DNA from: Octopus vulgaris
Taxonomy: Eukaryota
Length of the DNA stretch: 64,000 nucleotides
Direction of reading: 5' to 3'
NCBI GenBank assembly: GCA_951406725.2
Contig: OX597835.1
Coordinates: 25,668,001-25,732,000 of the forward strand
The translations under genes were made by a program, and so were the position numbers. The notes under the pieces were generated by a model. The model was given only the letters and a program-made list of their open reading frames with translations, was not told where the DNA came from and did not search any database. Below, one piece after another: positions 25,387 through 39,787 of this stretch (position 1 is the stretch's first letter; every line of letters starts with the position of its first letter).

Positions 25387-25657
25387 GATGGGGTAGCGAT
25401 ACGAAGGGAGCGTAATGATGCAGTAAGGAGCAGGAAAAGTACTGAGGAACTAGGTTAAGTGTAGGAATTCTAAGTACAGCATCATATCACTTAACAATAA
25501 AGAAAAAGCATAGCAAAACATAAACATTTCCCCCCACGCTATAATTATAATAAAATATTGAACAAGAATGACATCAAAAATTCATGACATTTTCTTTTGC
25601 ATTATTCTGTTTTTCATGGAAATTGGGAGAGAGATGAGATGGAAAGGAGAGTTGTGC

Positions 25658-25693
<36 letters not shown>

Positions 25694-25803
25694 TTATTTA
25701 TAGATATATGTGTGTGTGTGTAGGAAATGTTTATTTTTTTACTATTTTTTTATTATATCATGTTATATGTATAATTCTAAGCTCCCCCCGCATAGCTACC
25801 CTC
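25387..25803. mobile_element. Kolobok-like MITE with TTAA flanks
   Basis: ttaa|gatggggtagcgatacgaagggagc compared with the reverse complement of the right end, ttaa|gagggtagctatgcggggggagc. Confidence 0.5.
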
Positions 25804-26242
25804 TTAAGGTATCAAATTAAAATATTTTGTACAATATTGATTTTTCTTTCCATACGGTCTCTTATCGTAGTCCAGATCTTGTAAAACTTCAATTATTTTG
25901 AGATCGTATACTTTATGCACTTAATGGCCCACGTATGAATAATAACAGTTAAATAAAACCTTATCATAAAATTTCATTGCAGATTTTACATTTGTGCACT
26001 TAATATAGCAAACTCATAAATAATAACAACAGTAGCATGTGTGAAAAGCTTTCTTAAAATTACAATTAGAATTAAAATAAATATAATTTGCTTCTTAATT
26101 TTTTCCTGTACTTCAAGACGCATCGACGCATCTTTACTTGCAGTGTTTACCGTTGTGTTGTCAATACCAGATACACAGATACAATATTAGTTGAATGTTT
26201 AAGATGTTCGTTTCGTAATCAAGTGATTCAGGGTTTGATACA

Positions 26243-26473
26243 TATTTCTTTACTACCCAACAAGGGGCTAAACACAGAGGGGACAAACAAGGACAGACAC
26301 ACGGATTAAGTCGATTATATCGACTCCGGTGCATATCTGGTACTTATTTAATCGACCCCGAAAGGATGAAAGGCAAAGTCGACCTCGGCGGAGTTTGAAC
26401 TCTGAACGTAGCGGCAGACGAAATACTGCTAAGCATTTCGCCCAGCGTGCTAACGATTCTGCCAGCTCGCCGC
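26243..26473 (-). mobile_element. SINE A
   Basis: Full-length match to family A. Confidence 0.9.
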
Positions 26474-26879
26474 TCGGGGTTTGATACCATTGCGTAGAAT
26501 CATAGGCAAATGCCATTTTCTATAGCTTCTAGTCAGCCTGCATTTTGTGAGTGAAATTCGGTAAACGAAAACTGTACAGAACCTAGAACCATATGGTTAG
26601 GAAACGAATCTTTCACCATACAACCACGTCCATTCACTTTTTACTAGTTCAAGATGGACGAAGGGTCATATCCTTGACCATTGCACAACAGACCCTCTAA
26701 GACTGGTGAGCTTGATGCGATTAATGTTTCGTTTATAGTATATATACCAAGCATGGACAACCTTTTCCAGGAAGCGGGCCGCATGAGACACAGTTCATCA
26801 CCAGGCGGGCCGCACTACAAAAAAAATTCAACGTAATTTTAATAAACGTTAATTTCTTCGTAAAAGTTGTCGTGCCTTC

Positions 26880-27121
26880 TCTTTACTCTTTACTCTTTTA
26901 CTTGTTTCAGTCATTTGACTGTGGCCATGCTGGAGCACCGCCTTTAGTCGAGCAAATCGACCCGAGGACTTATTCTTAGTAAGCCTAGTACTTATTCTAT
27001 CGGTCTTTTTTGCCGGACTGCTAAGTTACGGGAGCGTAAACACACATGCATTGGTTGTCAAGCGATGTTGGGGGGACAAACACAGACACACAAACTTATA
27101 CACACACATACATATACACAC

Positions 27122-27186
<65 letters not shown>

Positions 27187-27350
27187 CGACAGGCTTCTTT
27201 AAGTTTACGCCTACCAAATCCACTGACAAGGCTTTGGTCGGCCCGAGGCTATAGTAGAAGACACTTGCCCAAGGTGCCACGCAGTGGGACTGAACCCGGA
27301 ACCATGTGGATTGTAAGCAAGCTACTTACCACACAGCCACTCATGCGCCT
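26880..27350 (-). mobile_element. SINE B, full length
   Basis: Head, CORE-like segment, internal (CA)n and tail are all present. Confidence 0.9.
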
Positions 27351-27449
27351 ACCATTTAGAAAAATCCCTTGGGTCGATGTTTGCCCGTGGCTAGTTTAAA
27401 CTGTTGCAGTACCTATTTTTGTGAAGAGACCAAACTACATTCGAAAGCT

Positions 27450-27785
27450 GCCGATGCCGATTTCAAGCTTCGATTTCCTTCGTCTCTTCTTAGGTGGAGG
27501 CTGTCGATATCACTGTTTCTGTGGAAGTTTCTAGTTGATGTCAGGATCTTGTGGATTTTAATGTCTATGGTGTGGGTTTCCTCTAAAGGCCAGTCTCAGA
27601 TATCCCACATCTTAGGAATCAGCATTGATACTGCAAATGCATTGTGGGATATTGTTTTGTAAAAGGAGAGTCTCATATTCTCGTAAGCCTGGTATGATAT
27701 TCTCGGGATATTGTATCTGTGCTGGCAGCATCTTCGTATGGTATGTTTTAATCAATGCCTTGGTTCTTGTAACTTTTTTCATCAA
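27450..27785 (-). mobile_element. R4/Dong-like non-LTR retrotransposon, RT C-terminal relic
   Basis: Minus strand reads ...NAFAVSML...DWPLEETHTIDIKIHKILTSTRNFHRNSDIDSLHLRRDEGNRSLKS, matching the R4-type W..E....D.K.RK.LT....H..SD.DRL...R.EGGRGL pattern. Confidence 0.7.
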
Positions 27786-27788
27786 TGT

Positions 27789-28205
<417 letters not shown>

Positions 28206-28220
28206 TGCCTATATGTATAT

Positions 28221-28318
28221 ATACAAGGAAGTGTTGAAAAGTTCCTAGTTTTGGATAAAAGAAAATACAAGAGGATCAGTGAATTATGATTTTATTCAAC
28301 ATATTGCCTTCTCAGATT

Positions 28319-28320
<2 letters not shown>
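28221..28320 (+). mobile_element. Mariner-type terminal fragment; a second copy is inverted at 58345-58445
   Basis: tgaaaagt...tttggataaaagaaaataca.gaggatcagt.aattatgattttattcaacatatt is shared between the two. Confidence 0.65.
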
Positions 28321-28356
<36 letters not shown>

Positions 28357-28417
28357 CGCATACATAAACATACACATACCTATATGAATACATACATGTG
28401 TGTATGTGTGTATGCTC

Positions 28418-28454
<37 letters not shown>

Positions 28455-28636
28455 TATGTATGCGTGTGTGTGTGTCTGTATTCATATGCACACACACACA
28501 TACTCATACAGATACGCACACACACGTATATCTACGCATGCGCGTACACAGGTAGCTGTAGCGCGGGTACAGGTAGCTGTAAATATATTAATATAAAGCA
28601 ATCAACCAGGCAACAACCGTGACTATAAATATTTAA

Positions 28637-28667
<31 letters not shown>

Positions 28668-28725
28668 TGCATATACATACATATATATATATGCATATAT
28701 ATACATATATATATGTATATATATG

Positions 28726-28789
<64 letters not shown>

Positions 28790-29084
28790 TATATATATGT
28801 ATATATATATATGTGAATATATATATATATGTATATAAAAAAGAATGCGATTTTCCATCAACGCAGTAATTAATGAACAGCCAGTAAAAAACTTCACAGA
28901 TCAACGTTAGAATTTTCACTCAACTTTCAGCCGAATAAACCATAAATTATCTTAATTTCAATACGAATCCTTAACCCCAACCTCTTCCATCCATCATCTA
29001 ATCACAACCGGCACCCGTTACAAGAAAAAAAAGAAAAAAAAAAGACAAAAATAAAGCAAAAACAAGAAAGACACAAAAAATTAC

Positions 29085-29289
29085 GATAATGGTAGTAATA
29101 GTAATAAAAACAATAATAACAATGATGATGATGATGATGATGATGATGGTGATGTTGATAATGATGCTGCCGCTGCGGCTGATGGTGATGATAATGATGA
29201 TGATCATGATAAGAATAGTAATAATAATAATGAAGATGATGAAGATGATGATGATGACAACGACGATGTTGCTGCTGCTGCTGCTGATA

Positions 29290-29332
<43 letters not shown>

Positions 29333-29382
29333 CGACGATCATGACAAAGGTGATAATGATGATGATGATGATGATGATGATG

Positions 29383-29464
<82 letters not shown>

Positions 29465-29570
29465 CGACGAGTACGGTGATGATGATGACGACGACGACGA
29501 TGATGATGATGGTGGTGACGATGATGATGATGAAGATGATGATGGTGATAAAACTGATGATGATGATAGC
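29085..29570. repeat. (ATG)n/(ATA)n trinucleotide microsatellite
   Basis: Directly visible. Confidence 0.95.
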
Positions 29571-30208
29571 GGTAACTTTCCAAAGCAAATATTCAATAGT
29601 ATGCAGATCTGCCCACATACTAATCGATGAAAATTATGTTATTGATTTCAAATCTTGAAAATTATTTAAGTGGTAACATTGACATGTATTTTTTTTTCAA
29701 ACATGAAATTTGCATTTACGTATAATTTATTGATAGTTTTTATTATTAAAATACTACTTTGTTCTAGATTTTTAACTGTATTAACAGACTATTGTATCTG
29801 AAGTTATTTTTCAAGCTATTAATGTTGTTATTTTCGCCTATGTTTTTTTTTATTGTTTATGTTGTTGCTGAAGCTGTCGTTTGTTTTGTTTAAACCCGCC
29901 TCTCCCTCCGCCAACCTCCGGTCATTTCATGCAGGGCTTTATTTCATCTCTTATTTTTACCCCGTTTATTTATTCCAGTCATTAGACTGGGGTTGTGTAG
30001 GGGTTAACCCCTTGAATGATTTTTGGTCGAACGAATCGATTCCAGTATTGTTACTTTTTTTTATAAGCCTGGCACGTTTTTCCTATCAGTTCTTTATGCA
30101 GAACTGCTAAGTTATAGGGACGTGAACAAACCAACACTGGTTGTGAAGTGATACATGGGGACAAACACAGTCACAAAGATACACACCACATGCACATTCT
30201 ACCTATCC

Positions 30209-30240
<32 letters not shown>

Positions 30241-30344
30241 ATCTGTATTCATATGCGCACACACATACACTCATACACATATACACACGCATGTATATCT
30301 ACGCATGCGTACACACACGCGGGTACAGGTAGCTGTAAACATAT

Positions 30345-31180
30345 TTATGTGTGGTAAGTGTGGTAAGTAGCTTGCTTACCAACCACATCGTTCCAGGTTC
30401 AGTCCCACTGCGTGGCACCTTGGGCAAGTGTCTTCTGCAATAGCCTCGGGCCGACCAAAGACTTGGTAGACGGAAACTGAAAAGAAGCCCGTCGTATATA
30501 TGTATATGTATATATATAAGTATCAGTTTCGTACTGGGGTCGATCTAATCGACTGGCCCCGTCACCAAAATTTCAGGCCTTGTGCCTATAGCAGAAAGGA
30601 TTATAAATTAATTATACTATAATTATCATTTATAATTATCTATACTTATGTTCAAATTCCGCCGAGGTCGACTTTGCCTTTCATCCTTTCGGGATCGATT
30701 AAATTAAGTACCAGTTACGTACTGGGGTTGATCTAATCTACTGGCCCTCGTCACCAAAATTTCGGGCCTTGTGGCTAGAGTAGAAAAGATTATTATATAT
30801 ACTTATAAGGGCGAGCTGGCAGAATCGTTAGCACGCCGGGTGAAATGCTTAACCCTATTTCGGCAGTCGCTACGTTCTCAGTTCAAATTACGCCAAAGTC
30901 GACTTTGCCTTTCATCCTTTCGGGATCGATTAAACTAAGTATCAGTTACACACTGGGGTCGGTGTAATCGACTACCCCCTCCCCTAAATTTCAGGCCTTG
31001 TGCCAATAGTAGAATGGATTATTATCTATACTTATGTGTACATAAAATAATTCAACCAAAAGTTACGTATAAGCTGAAAACGATGGCGAATTGGCAGAAA
31101 CGTTAGCGCGCCGGGCAAAACGCTTAGCAGCATTTCGTCCGTATTTCCGTTCTGAGTTCAAATTCCGCTGCAGACAACTT
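30345..31180 (+). mobile_element. SINE B head followed by a tandem cluster of SINE A pieces
   Basis: About four co-oriented A segments ending in ggccttgtgcc.atagtagaaaggattat. Confidence 0.8.
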
Positions 31181-31474
31181 TGTGGTTATCCATAACTGTA
31201 CAACAGGGAGACTAATAAGGTTGAAGTTCCTTTTGGGGAGTTGAATAAATACACCAATCCATTAAAATAGTGGCGTTCATGTCAGCTTTTGACATCGCCT
31301 AACACGTCCTCCGTTTTAAAAGCAGCAGAATGTGATGTGAGGAATAGAAGGCGTCTGGGGGTTAAGTATCTATTTCAATGAAAATAGGGCAAATTAAAGT
31401 TTAAAAAGTCAAAAAGAATATTATGTTTACTTAATTATGATACCAAAATAAATAGATTTATAATCTCATACTCT

Positions 31475-31889
31475 CTCTCTTTACTCTCTCTTTTACTTGT
31501 TTCAGTCATTTGACTGCGGCCATGCTGGAGCACCGCCTTTAGTCGAGCAAATCGACCCCGGGACATTCTTAGTAAGCCCAGTACTTATTTTATCGGTCTC
31601 TTTTGCCGAATCGCTAAGTGACGGAGACGTAAACACACCAGCATTGGTTGTCAAGCAATGCTAGGGGGACAAACACAGACGCACAAACACACACATACAT
31701 ATATATATACATATATACATATATACGACAGGCTTCTTTTAGTTTCCGTCTACCAAATCTACTCACAAGGCATTGGTCGGCCCGGGGCTATAGCAGAAGA
31801 CACTTGCCCAAGGTGCCACGCAGTGGGATTGAACCCGGAACAATGTGGTTGGTTAGCAAGCTACTTACCACACAGCCTCTCCTGCGCCT
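31475..31889 (-). mobile_element. SINE B, full length
   Basis: Matches family B. Confidence 0.9.
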
Positions 31890-32877
31890 ATGTCCAAACT
31901 TTATTGAAAATTTTCAACATGTGCTCCATCTGTATCTTTGCAAATTTCAAATCTATCCATAGCATTGCGAAACACATTTTGAAGCATTTCTGGAGAGTTA
32001 TCTCCTGCACTGCTAACTGAATGCATTCTTGAAGTTCAGCTAAAATATTGCTTCATCCTGGGGATGGATGTACAGATAATGATTGCAGCCAAATTGAAAA
32101 AAAAAGCTGCTTTGGACAGATAAGTGAAATCCAATAGGAATGAAAATAAAATTATATTAAAAAAATGATAAAAACTATAAAAATTATAAAATTGTAAACA
32201 AAATTTTAAAAAATTTATACACTTTTAACAAATTAAACACGATTAACAAAATTTTTCATTGAAATAGTTAATTCCGGGCCCCCCTGTATTTAACAGCGGT
32301 CTCTTTTTAACAAGGAGACTAATCACGTAGAGCTTTCTTTTTGGAAGTTGAATAAATACCATTTGCTTACTGCGGTCATGTCAAATGACTAAGCATTAAT
32401 CTTCAAAAAAAAAAAAAAAAAAAAAAAAACGGTGGCCTCGATGCCAGGCATTGGTTAAATTCCTTTATTCTGATTTCTTCGAAATGCGGTCCATTTATTT
32501 GCTCATAGGGTTTCTTTTGATCAAAATCATGCCTCAACAAGCAATAACAAAAGCGAGGGTTTATGAAAGAAAAAAAAATGAAAAAAACAATGACCGTGAA
32601 TGAGATGTGTTCAATTGCATTAATCAATAGATATGAAAATCGATAGGGAACACAAGAGGTTATTTCGGAAATGCAGGAAGCAATATAATTGTCAAATTAG
32701 CATTTTTTCCAAATAAATTTATATATAATTTAGTGATAACATTTTAGATAATTGCCTCATCCTATCCATCATCGAGTTAGCTGTTAGCCAAAATTAACGG
32801 AAGAAAAACAATGGTGTGGCTAGTATCAGCATTTTTATATTTGGTATATATATATATATATATATATATGTACAAAT

Positions 32878-32918
<41 letters not shown>

Positions 32919-33045
32919 CATACACACACGCATGCACGCACACACATATACATATATATGTGTGATAGATCGTTAGCCACTACACACATAGGTGAAAATC
33001 CGCGAAGTAGAAACAATACTTTAACTGTATATTTTTTAAAACCAT

Positions 33046-33320
33046 TATATACATTATTTACATTCGATGGATATTTGTCCTCATCTTGTTTGTTGTTAAC
33101 ACAACGTTTCGGCTGATATACCCTGCAGCCTTCTTCAGGTGTCTTGGGGAAATTTCGAACCTGGGTTCTCACTCCTAAGGTATTTTTCGATGTTATTATT
33201 ATTATTATCATTATTATTATTATTATTATTATTGCTGTTAGTGTTCAGGTCACTGCTTGGAATCGAACTCGGAATCTTGGGGTTAGTAGCCCGCGCTCTT
33301 AACCACTACGCCATATGTCC
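33046..33320 (-). mobile_element. tRNA-headed SINE-like element with an (AAT)n linker and a hammerhead-containing tail
   Basis: Head 33320-33246 (A-box tggcgtagtgg, B-box gagttcgattcc), microsatellite 33240-33193, and tail with hammerhead 33143-33098, all on the same strand. Confidence 0.75.
33098..33143 (-). ncRNA. Minimal type I hammerhead ribozyme motif
   Basis: GACAC-CUGAAGA-A-GGCUG(caggguauau)CAGCC-GAAAC-GUU-GUGUU; canonical core, palindromic ACGU stem III. Confidence 0.75.
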
Positions 33321-33384
33321 CCCAACAATTTTCCATATGAATGAGATAGTATATATCTCTCTTCGGCGTCAAGAGACTCAGCGC

Positions 33385-34560
33385 TTTCAGACATTCTCGA
33401 TAAATAAGACTTTTAACCGAAGGTATTTTACCAGTGAACGTTCCTTGTAACCCTTGAATTTCTTGAGACCGGATGAGTTTGAAGATTAAATCTGTAAGCA
33501 GTAATATAAACTGCTCAGAACTAGGGTTTTCCCTAAAAAAAAACTAACTACCGGTTCACTTTTCATGAATGTTCGTAGGATGCAGCCTATGAGTTTGCTG
33601 CATTTAAAGGTTAGTTTGATAATATGGCTGATGGAAAGTCCTGTAGGTCATTATTGCTCTGAATCATTACGTTACTTTGTGTCAAATATTACGATTTGTG
33701 TGAATTCGTTTGTAATGAAGAAGCTGAAATTTTGATGTACTAATTTTTGTATTTTTTCTGGTTTAGCTCCTAGCCATCGATATTCTGTGTTATTCACTCC
33801 CTGATGTATACGACGTATTACAGGTAACTCAGAGAGAAATCCATTTGCAGTAATAGGTTGACCCCTACCGTATAGGGAGTTAAAGAACCATTCTCCGACC
33901 TTTCCTGTGATAGCAAGATTTCTTAAATTATGACATGATTCCATGATCGGTCTTGTCAAACGCCTTAACAATATCAAGGTATTAACAGTCAATGATCTTT
34001 CCATTTAAGAGATTATCAGAGGTAGTGTTATGATGCTGTAAGAATTGTGACAGGCAACTTCGTTCAGTCCGAAACCTATACCGAGTGTCATCTAAGTTGT
34101 TTTCCTCCAGGTATGTTATTACTTTTTGTCTTCGGACAAGGACATTGGATAATTTTAGATGTATAAGACGTGAGGGAAACAGGTCTGTAATTTTAGCTTC
34201 AGCACTGCTACCTCCTTTGTACCTATATAGGTTTTATTATAGCTTCTTTCAATAGTCTCGGGAATATGGCGGTATTTGGCGACTTTTGAAATAGTACCTT
34301 TAATGATTTCCTCGATACAACAAAAGACTTTCCACACAACAAATCATTACCCGTCCAGTTATGGGAAAATAATTGGACGGGTAATGATTTGTTGTATGGG
34401 GAAGTCTTTTGTTGTATCGAGGAAAGCGTTCGTATCCCTCCACTTCAGTTGCTTAGTTCCAGGCTGGATATAATCCTCGGACCAGCTAAGATTAGTAAAA
34501 TTAAAGACCCCTGTTAAAAGCATATTAGCCCGTGTGCTGGCCTCAGCTAGGGTTAGACTT
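33385..34560 (-). mobile_element. Decayed CR1/L2-type LINE reverse transcriptase
   Basis: Frameshifted motifs KYRHI (NYRPI), RSCLSQFLQH, YLDIVKAFDKTDHG, L.ITGKVGEW..Q..ANG..S, KCSKLIGCILRTF and KTLVLSSLYYC. Confidence 0.8.
34307..34425. repeat. Near-perfect hairpin (~55-bp arms, 6-nt loop) inserted in the LINE
   Basis: tttcctcgatacaacaaaagactt...cccgtccagttat gggaaa ataattggacggg...aagtcttttgttgtatcgaggaaa. Confidence 0.9.
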
Positions 34561-35454
34561 ATGAGCGAAAAAAAGCACCTCTGAAGTGATCTTCATGGTT
34601 AACCGCGTCAGGATGACGGTAGGTAATTCTTTCAATATCATTTCTTTTTTATATAGATTAATCTGAAATTGTGGAATACATTTTTTTCGCAAATTAGGTA
34701 ATTTCGGGGCTGGTCTGCAATCATTTATAGTTAAATGTTTCCTTTCAAAATCTATTAAAACTAGTATTTCGAATGAGCAATAAATATCAAAGTATTTAAC
34801 AATGAGCATTAAATATCAAAGGTAAAAATAAATCATTTTGTTCCCTTGTCAAACTTTGGACCTAACAGCCTAAATGAGAAAATCAATATGACTGAAAGAA
34901 TTTTAAAAGGGCTTTTATTTTTAGGCTGAGGTCAAACAGTCGAATCCATTCAACCATGTCGTCAGTCTTTAGCGACATCAACTACAAAGAACATGAGAGA
35001 GGTGACAGATAGAGAGAGGACAAGAACCTTCACACATTTTCAGCATTGCAAGATTTTGGAGTTATTTTTGTCAGAATAGAGCTGTCTTCAAGAATCCAAG
35101 TAATGTATTGAAGAGTAGCCGTAGATGCTGGTCATATTGTTGTTCTTGTTATTTGCTACTACTGTTGTTGTCACATACTTTTTATTTTGACGCTACTTTG
35201 CTTCAGAAGTTGGTTAGTCATAAATTCCCTTGGGAATTTTAAGCTCAGCTTCATCACTTTTATTTATTTATTTATTTTTGTTCTTTGTTTTTGCTTTGAA
35301 ACGAAATCTAGCTTCAAGTATCTTATACAGATAATTTTTAGACACTATTTTCTGAAACTGGTAAAATTATGTAGGGGGTGCAAATTTTGATCTTGCACAA
35401 CCTGAAAATTCCAAGGGGTGCAGGTGCACCCGCTGCACCTCCTGTTCCCGGGTC

Positions 35455-35698
35455 CTTGGTTGAAAACGAATCAATATGATAAATTGCTAAATGAGATCTA
35501 CATTTCCACTAAATATAAGACAGCTAACATACGCGGGTACAATGGTATTAACGATGAAGCTAAACTTCTCGCTAAAATAGCAAAATCGATGATTGATTAG
35601 AATGCTTAGCTAAAAAGGAAGCTTTTATTACTTTAAAAGATCATAAACTTAATTTTCGTAATAAACCCACTTGTAGATTGTTAAACCCATCAAAGACT
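35455..35698 (+). mobile_element. Penelope-like element, RT N-terminal relic
   Basis: YDKLLNE...KYK...INDEAK...[32 protein letters not shown] is a motif typical of PLE ORFs. Confidence 0.8.
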
Positions 35699-36039
35699 TA
35701 AATTATAAAAAAGAAACACACCTGCGCACACGAACACCAATGTTTGCTCGCAAATTCATATCTGTTATGTTTTTTTTACGTTAAAACTTCACAAATCGCA
35801 ACTTTAAGTTTCACGCCAGTGATTCTCAAGCACTGAAATAAATAATACAAATAAAATTGTTTGTTTATACTTGACAGAAATAAGAATTGAATATAAGACT
35901 TATGTAAGCAAAAGAAAAAACCATTATTGGTTTCAAGCATTTTACAGTTAAGTTCTACGTTAAACGGCGTTCAATTGTTAGATATTTGAACAAAAATTTC
36001 AATTTCTTGTGACAAAAATTATCTGCTCAAATGAATATA

Positions 36040-36635
36040 TGAGATAAAACGCAACTGACAAAATATACCATATTTAACTCTTTAGAAATGCACAGGTCAC
36101 AACTATAGTTGCCTTGAATACAAGGGTGGGCATACTGTGATCTATTCAGCATAATTTTAATGTTTCTAATAGTCCAATATCTTAAATTCCAAATATATTT
36201 CGATAATGTGGTATTACAACGTCTTTCAAGATTTCTGAATGTATAATTAAGCTGGTTATACATTATTTTGAAAGAATTTCCTGTTAACTCGATACATTAT
36301 TTAGATACCGAATCAGTAGATGTGAATACTTTTACGCAATATATAACTGATTTATAAAAACATGAATATTTAAGGTACATTTTAAGAGGGTTTTAGAGAG
36401 TTTCATAAACAGTTATGATTAAATGTGGATAGCATTCTGAAACTTTTACGTTAGTTTATGCTTTTCCTGTAGAAATATTTTCTGTGCAGATAAAACTTAT
36501 TCTGAAATCATTCATTTTGAACAGTTCATAAAATCTATGGCTTCTCGGAAAGCATATATCTGATTAACGAGATATATTTTTAGTGAGACTTGTATACTCA
36601 TTAAAACTAAATGGAAAATTAAGCTATCCAGTCTC
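36040..36635 (-). mobile_element. Penelope-like element, linker and GIY-YIG endonuclease relic
   Basis: FPRSHRFYELF..RISF.C..NI ... VIYCVKV ... NSFK.MYN...TFR...TTLSKYIWNL...CDLC. Confidence 0.7.
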
Positions 36636-36640
36636 CTGTT

Positions 36641-36725
<85 letters not shown>

Positions 36726-36727
36726 AT

Positions 36728-36785
<58 letters not shown>

Positions 36786-36794
36786 ACTACTACA

Positions 36795-36837
<43 letters not shown>

Positions 36838-37000
36838 TTATGATGATGGGTATCATCATGATCATCATTATTTTAATCATTATTATCATTGTTGTTGTTG
36901 TCATTCATATAATGAATCCATCCTTAATACAACTTAATTTTAACATTTCATTATGATTAAAAGCTGCTTATATATATATATATATATATACATACACATA

Positions 37001-37052
<52 letters not shown>

Positions 37053-37311
37053 CATACACACACTTATGTATATATGTATATATAGTTATTATTTTCATGT
37101 ACAGATGAATAACCATGATATAATTATGTATATATTCACTATATTTACGTATTTTTGCTTATGTATAAATGCATAGTTCCATAGAGATACACGCTCAAAT
37201 GCACGCCTAGAGTTACCTACATATACTTTCATTTCATATTCATACAAACCTTTACACATCTATATTGGGCAATAATTTATATTTTGCGTATGTGTACATA
37301 TATGTATGTAT

Positions 37312-37353
<42 letters not shown>

Positions 37354-37375
37354 AGATATTTATATACATATATAC

Positions 37376-37421
<46 letters not shown>

Positions 37422-37799
37422 CTATCTATATATGTAAGTATATATATACATATATATATATGTATGTATATATATATATGCATACACATGCACACGTATA
37501 TTAATGGAAGTATGCTTATTCATATATGGTCTAGCGTGTACATATATACATTTATATACACGCATACAAACTGCTATAAACTAGTAACACTGAATGATCA
37601 TTAGGATATATATATATATATTATTTGTATATATTTATATGGGTCTGTGTGTGTATACATCTGTAAACTACATAGTCGTGTATTGGTTAATGGTATACAG
37701 ACACATAAATATATATATTCATATATATATATACATATATATACATGTATATATATATATATATACATATATATACATAAATACATACACATACACACG

Positions 37800-37855
<56 letters not shown>

Positions 37856-39396
37856 ATACGTGTTACGTGTAGACTGATTAGCAGAATCATGTTGATAAAC
37901 GCTATTGGATGGGTGAGACGAGCAGGAAATTTACGATTCCTTTGATGCTGTCCTCTTCAATGACAGGTAAATTGTAGAGCGGCGGGGGCGGGGATTGATA
38001 GCGTGGGGATCCAGTAGAGTGGAGGGGGTTTATCGATTGAGGGAAGAGTGTCTAATCTATAAAGAATAAACTAGATCATTATTACATCTAACTGAATTCC
38101 ATATTATATACACGAACACTCAGACACAAATGCGCATGCGTCATAAATATATATATATATATATATAACTCATAATACAATATACATACATACATAATAC
38201 ATACATACATATATATATATACTTATATATTTATATATACATGTATATATATACATACATATATATATATATAAATATATACGCACATAAATTTATATAT
38301 GTATGTCAGTGTGTGTTTATATATGCATACACATATGATATATATAATATATATTATATATGATTATTATATGTATATATAGGTTCAGGCATGGCTGTTG
38401 GCTGTTTGGTAAGAAGCTTGCTTTCTAACTACATGGTTTCTTGGAGCCTTGGGCAAGTATCTTCAAATATAGCTACGCACCGAGGAAAACCTTGCGAGTG
38501 GATTCGGTAGACGGAAATTGAAAAAATTGAAATTGTTTGTGTGAGTGTGTTTGAATCTATCTATCTGTCAGTCTGTTTGTTTGCCTGCCTGTCTGCCTGC
38601 CTATCTGTCTGTCTGTCTATGTATGTATGTATGTATGTATGTATGTATGTATGTATGTATGTATGTATGTATGCATGTATGCATGCATGTATGTATGCAT
38701 GTATGTATGTAGTATGTATGTATGTATGTATGTATGTATGTATGCATGAATGTATGTATGCATGTATGTATATATGCATGCATGTATGTATGTATGTATG
38801 TATGTATGTATGTATGTAGGTAGGTAGGTATGTAGGTATGAATGTATGTATGTATGTATGTATGCATCTATCTATCTATCTACCTACACATACATGCATA
38901 CCTACACACACACAGGATATACGTATGCTGACAGGGGAAGTAACCGCCCCATGATCGTCTCCAGAACCACTAGACTAAATCTAGTTTTGCTTATTCTGTA
39001 GGTTTCGTCAATTGTGACTGCTCAGACGGCCGATGGTCGGCTAATTCCATCTGCCAGCCTATATATATATATATATATATATATATACTTACCATAAAAA
39101 TGTATGGATGATTTAGCGACATGCTAATGCTCCCCCCTCCACCACCGCCACCGTCGCCGCGACCACTTACAAGCAGTTCTTATTGTGATTGCTCTACCTG
39201 CTAGACATAGTGACATATTCTGTCTCGGATCACATCCTGCCATCTCAGAGAATTCGTCGGATAATGCAAGAAACTTGCTTTGGAGTCCATGCATCTAAGC
39301 AAGAAAAAACAACAAAGTAAATAAAAAAACAAAACAAAAACAAAGACTAAAAAACATGGGCTGGTCATTGCTGGAATGTCTTTAGGATCTTTGTGG

Positions 39397-39787
39397 TTTT
39401 ACTCTTTTACTCTTTCAGTCATTTGACTGTGGCGGTGCTGGAGCACCGCCTTTAGTCGAGCAAATCGACCCCAGGACTTATTTTTTGTAAGCCTAGTACT
39501 TATTCTATCAGTCTCTTTTACCGAACCGCTAACTTACGGGGAAGTAAACACACCAGCATCGGTTGTCAAGCGATGTTGGGGGTACAAACACAGACACACA
39601 AACACACGCACCCCCACACATACATATATACGACGGGCTTCTTTCAGTTTCCGTCTACCAAATCCACTCACAAGGCTATGGTCGGCCCGAGGCTATAGTA
39701 GAAGACACTTGCCCAAGGTGCCACGCAGTGGGACTGAACCCGGAACCATGTGGTTCGTAAGTAAGCTGCTTACCACACAGCCACTCA
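39397..39787 (-). mobile_element. SINE B, full length
   Basis: Matches family B. Confidence 0.9.

Noticed and set aside
33246-33320. Functional tRNA gene
   Set aside because: Acceptor, anticodon and T stems pair poorly; treated as a SINE head. The same applies to the heads at 13330-13403 and 56973-57045.
37980-38030. G-run cluster, possible G-quadruplex
   Set aside because: Long loops and no associated feature; insufficient support.
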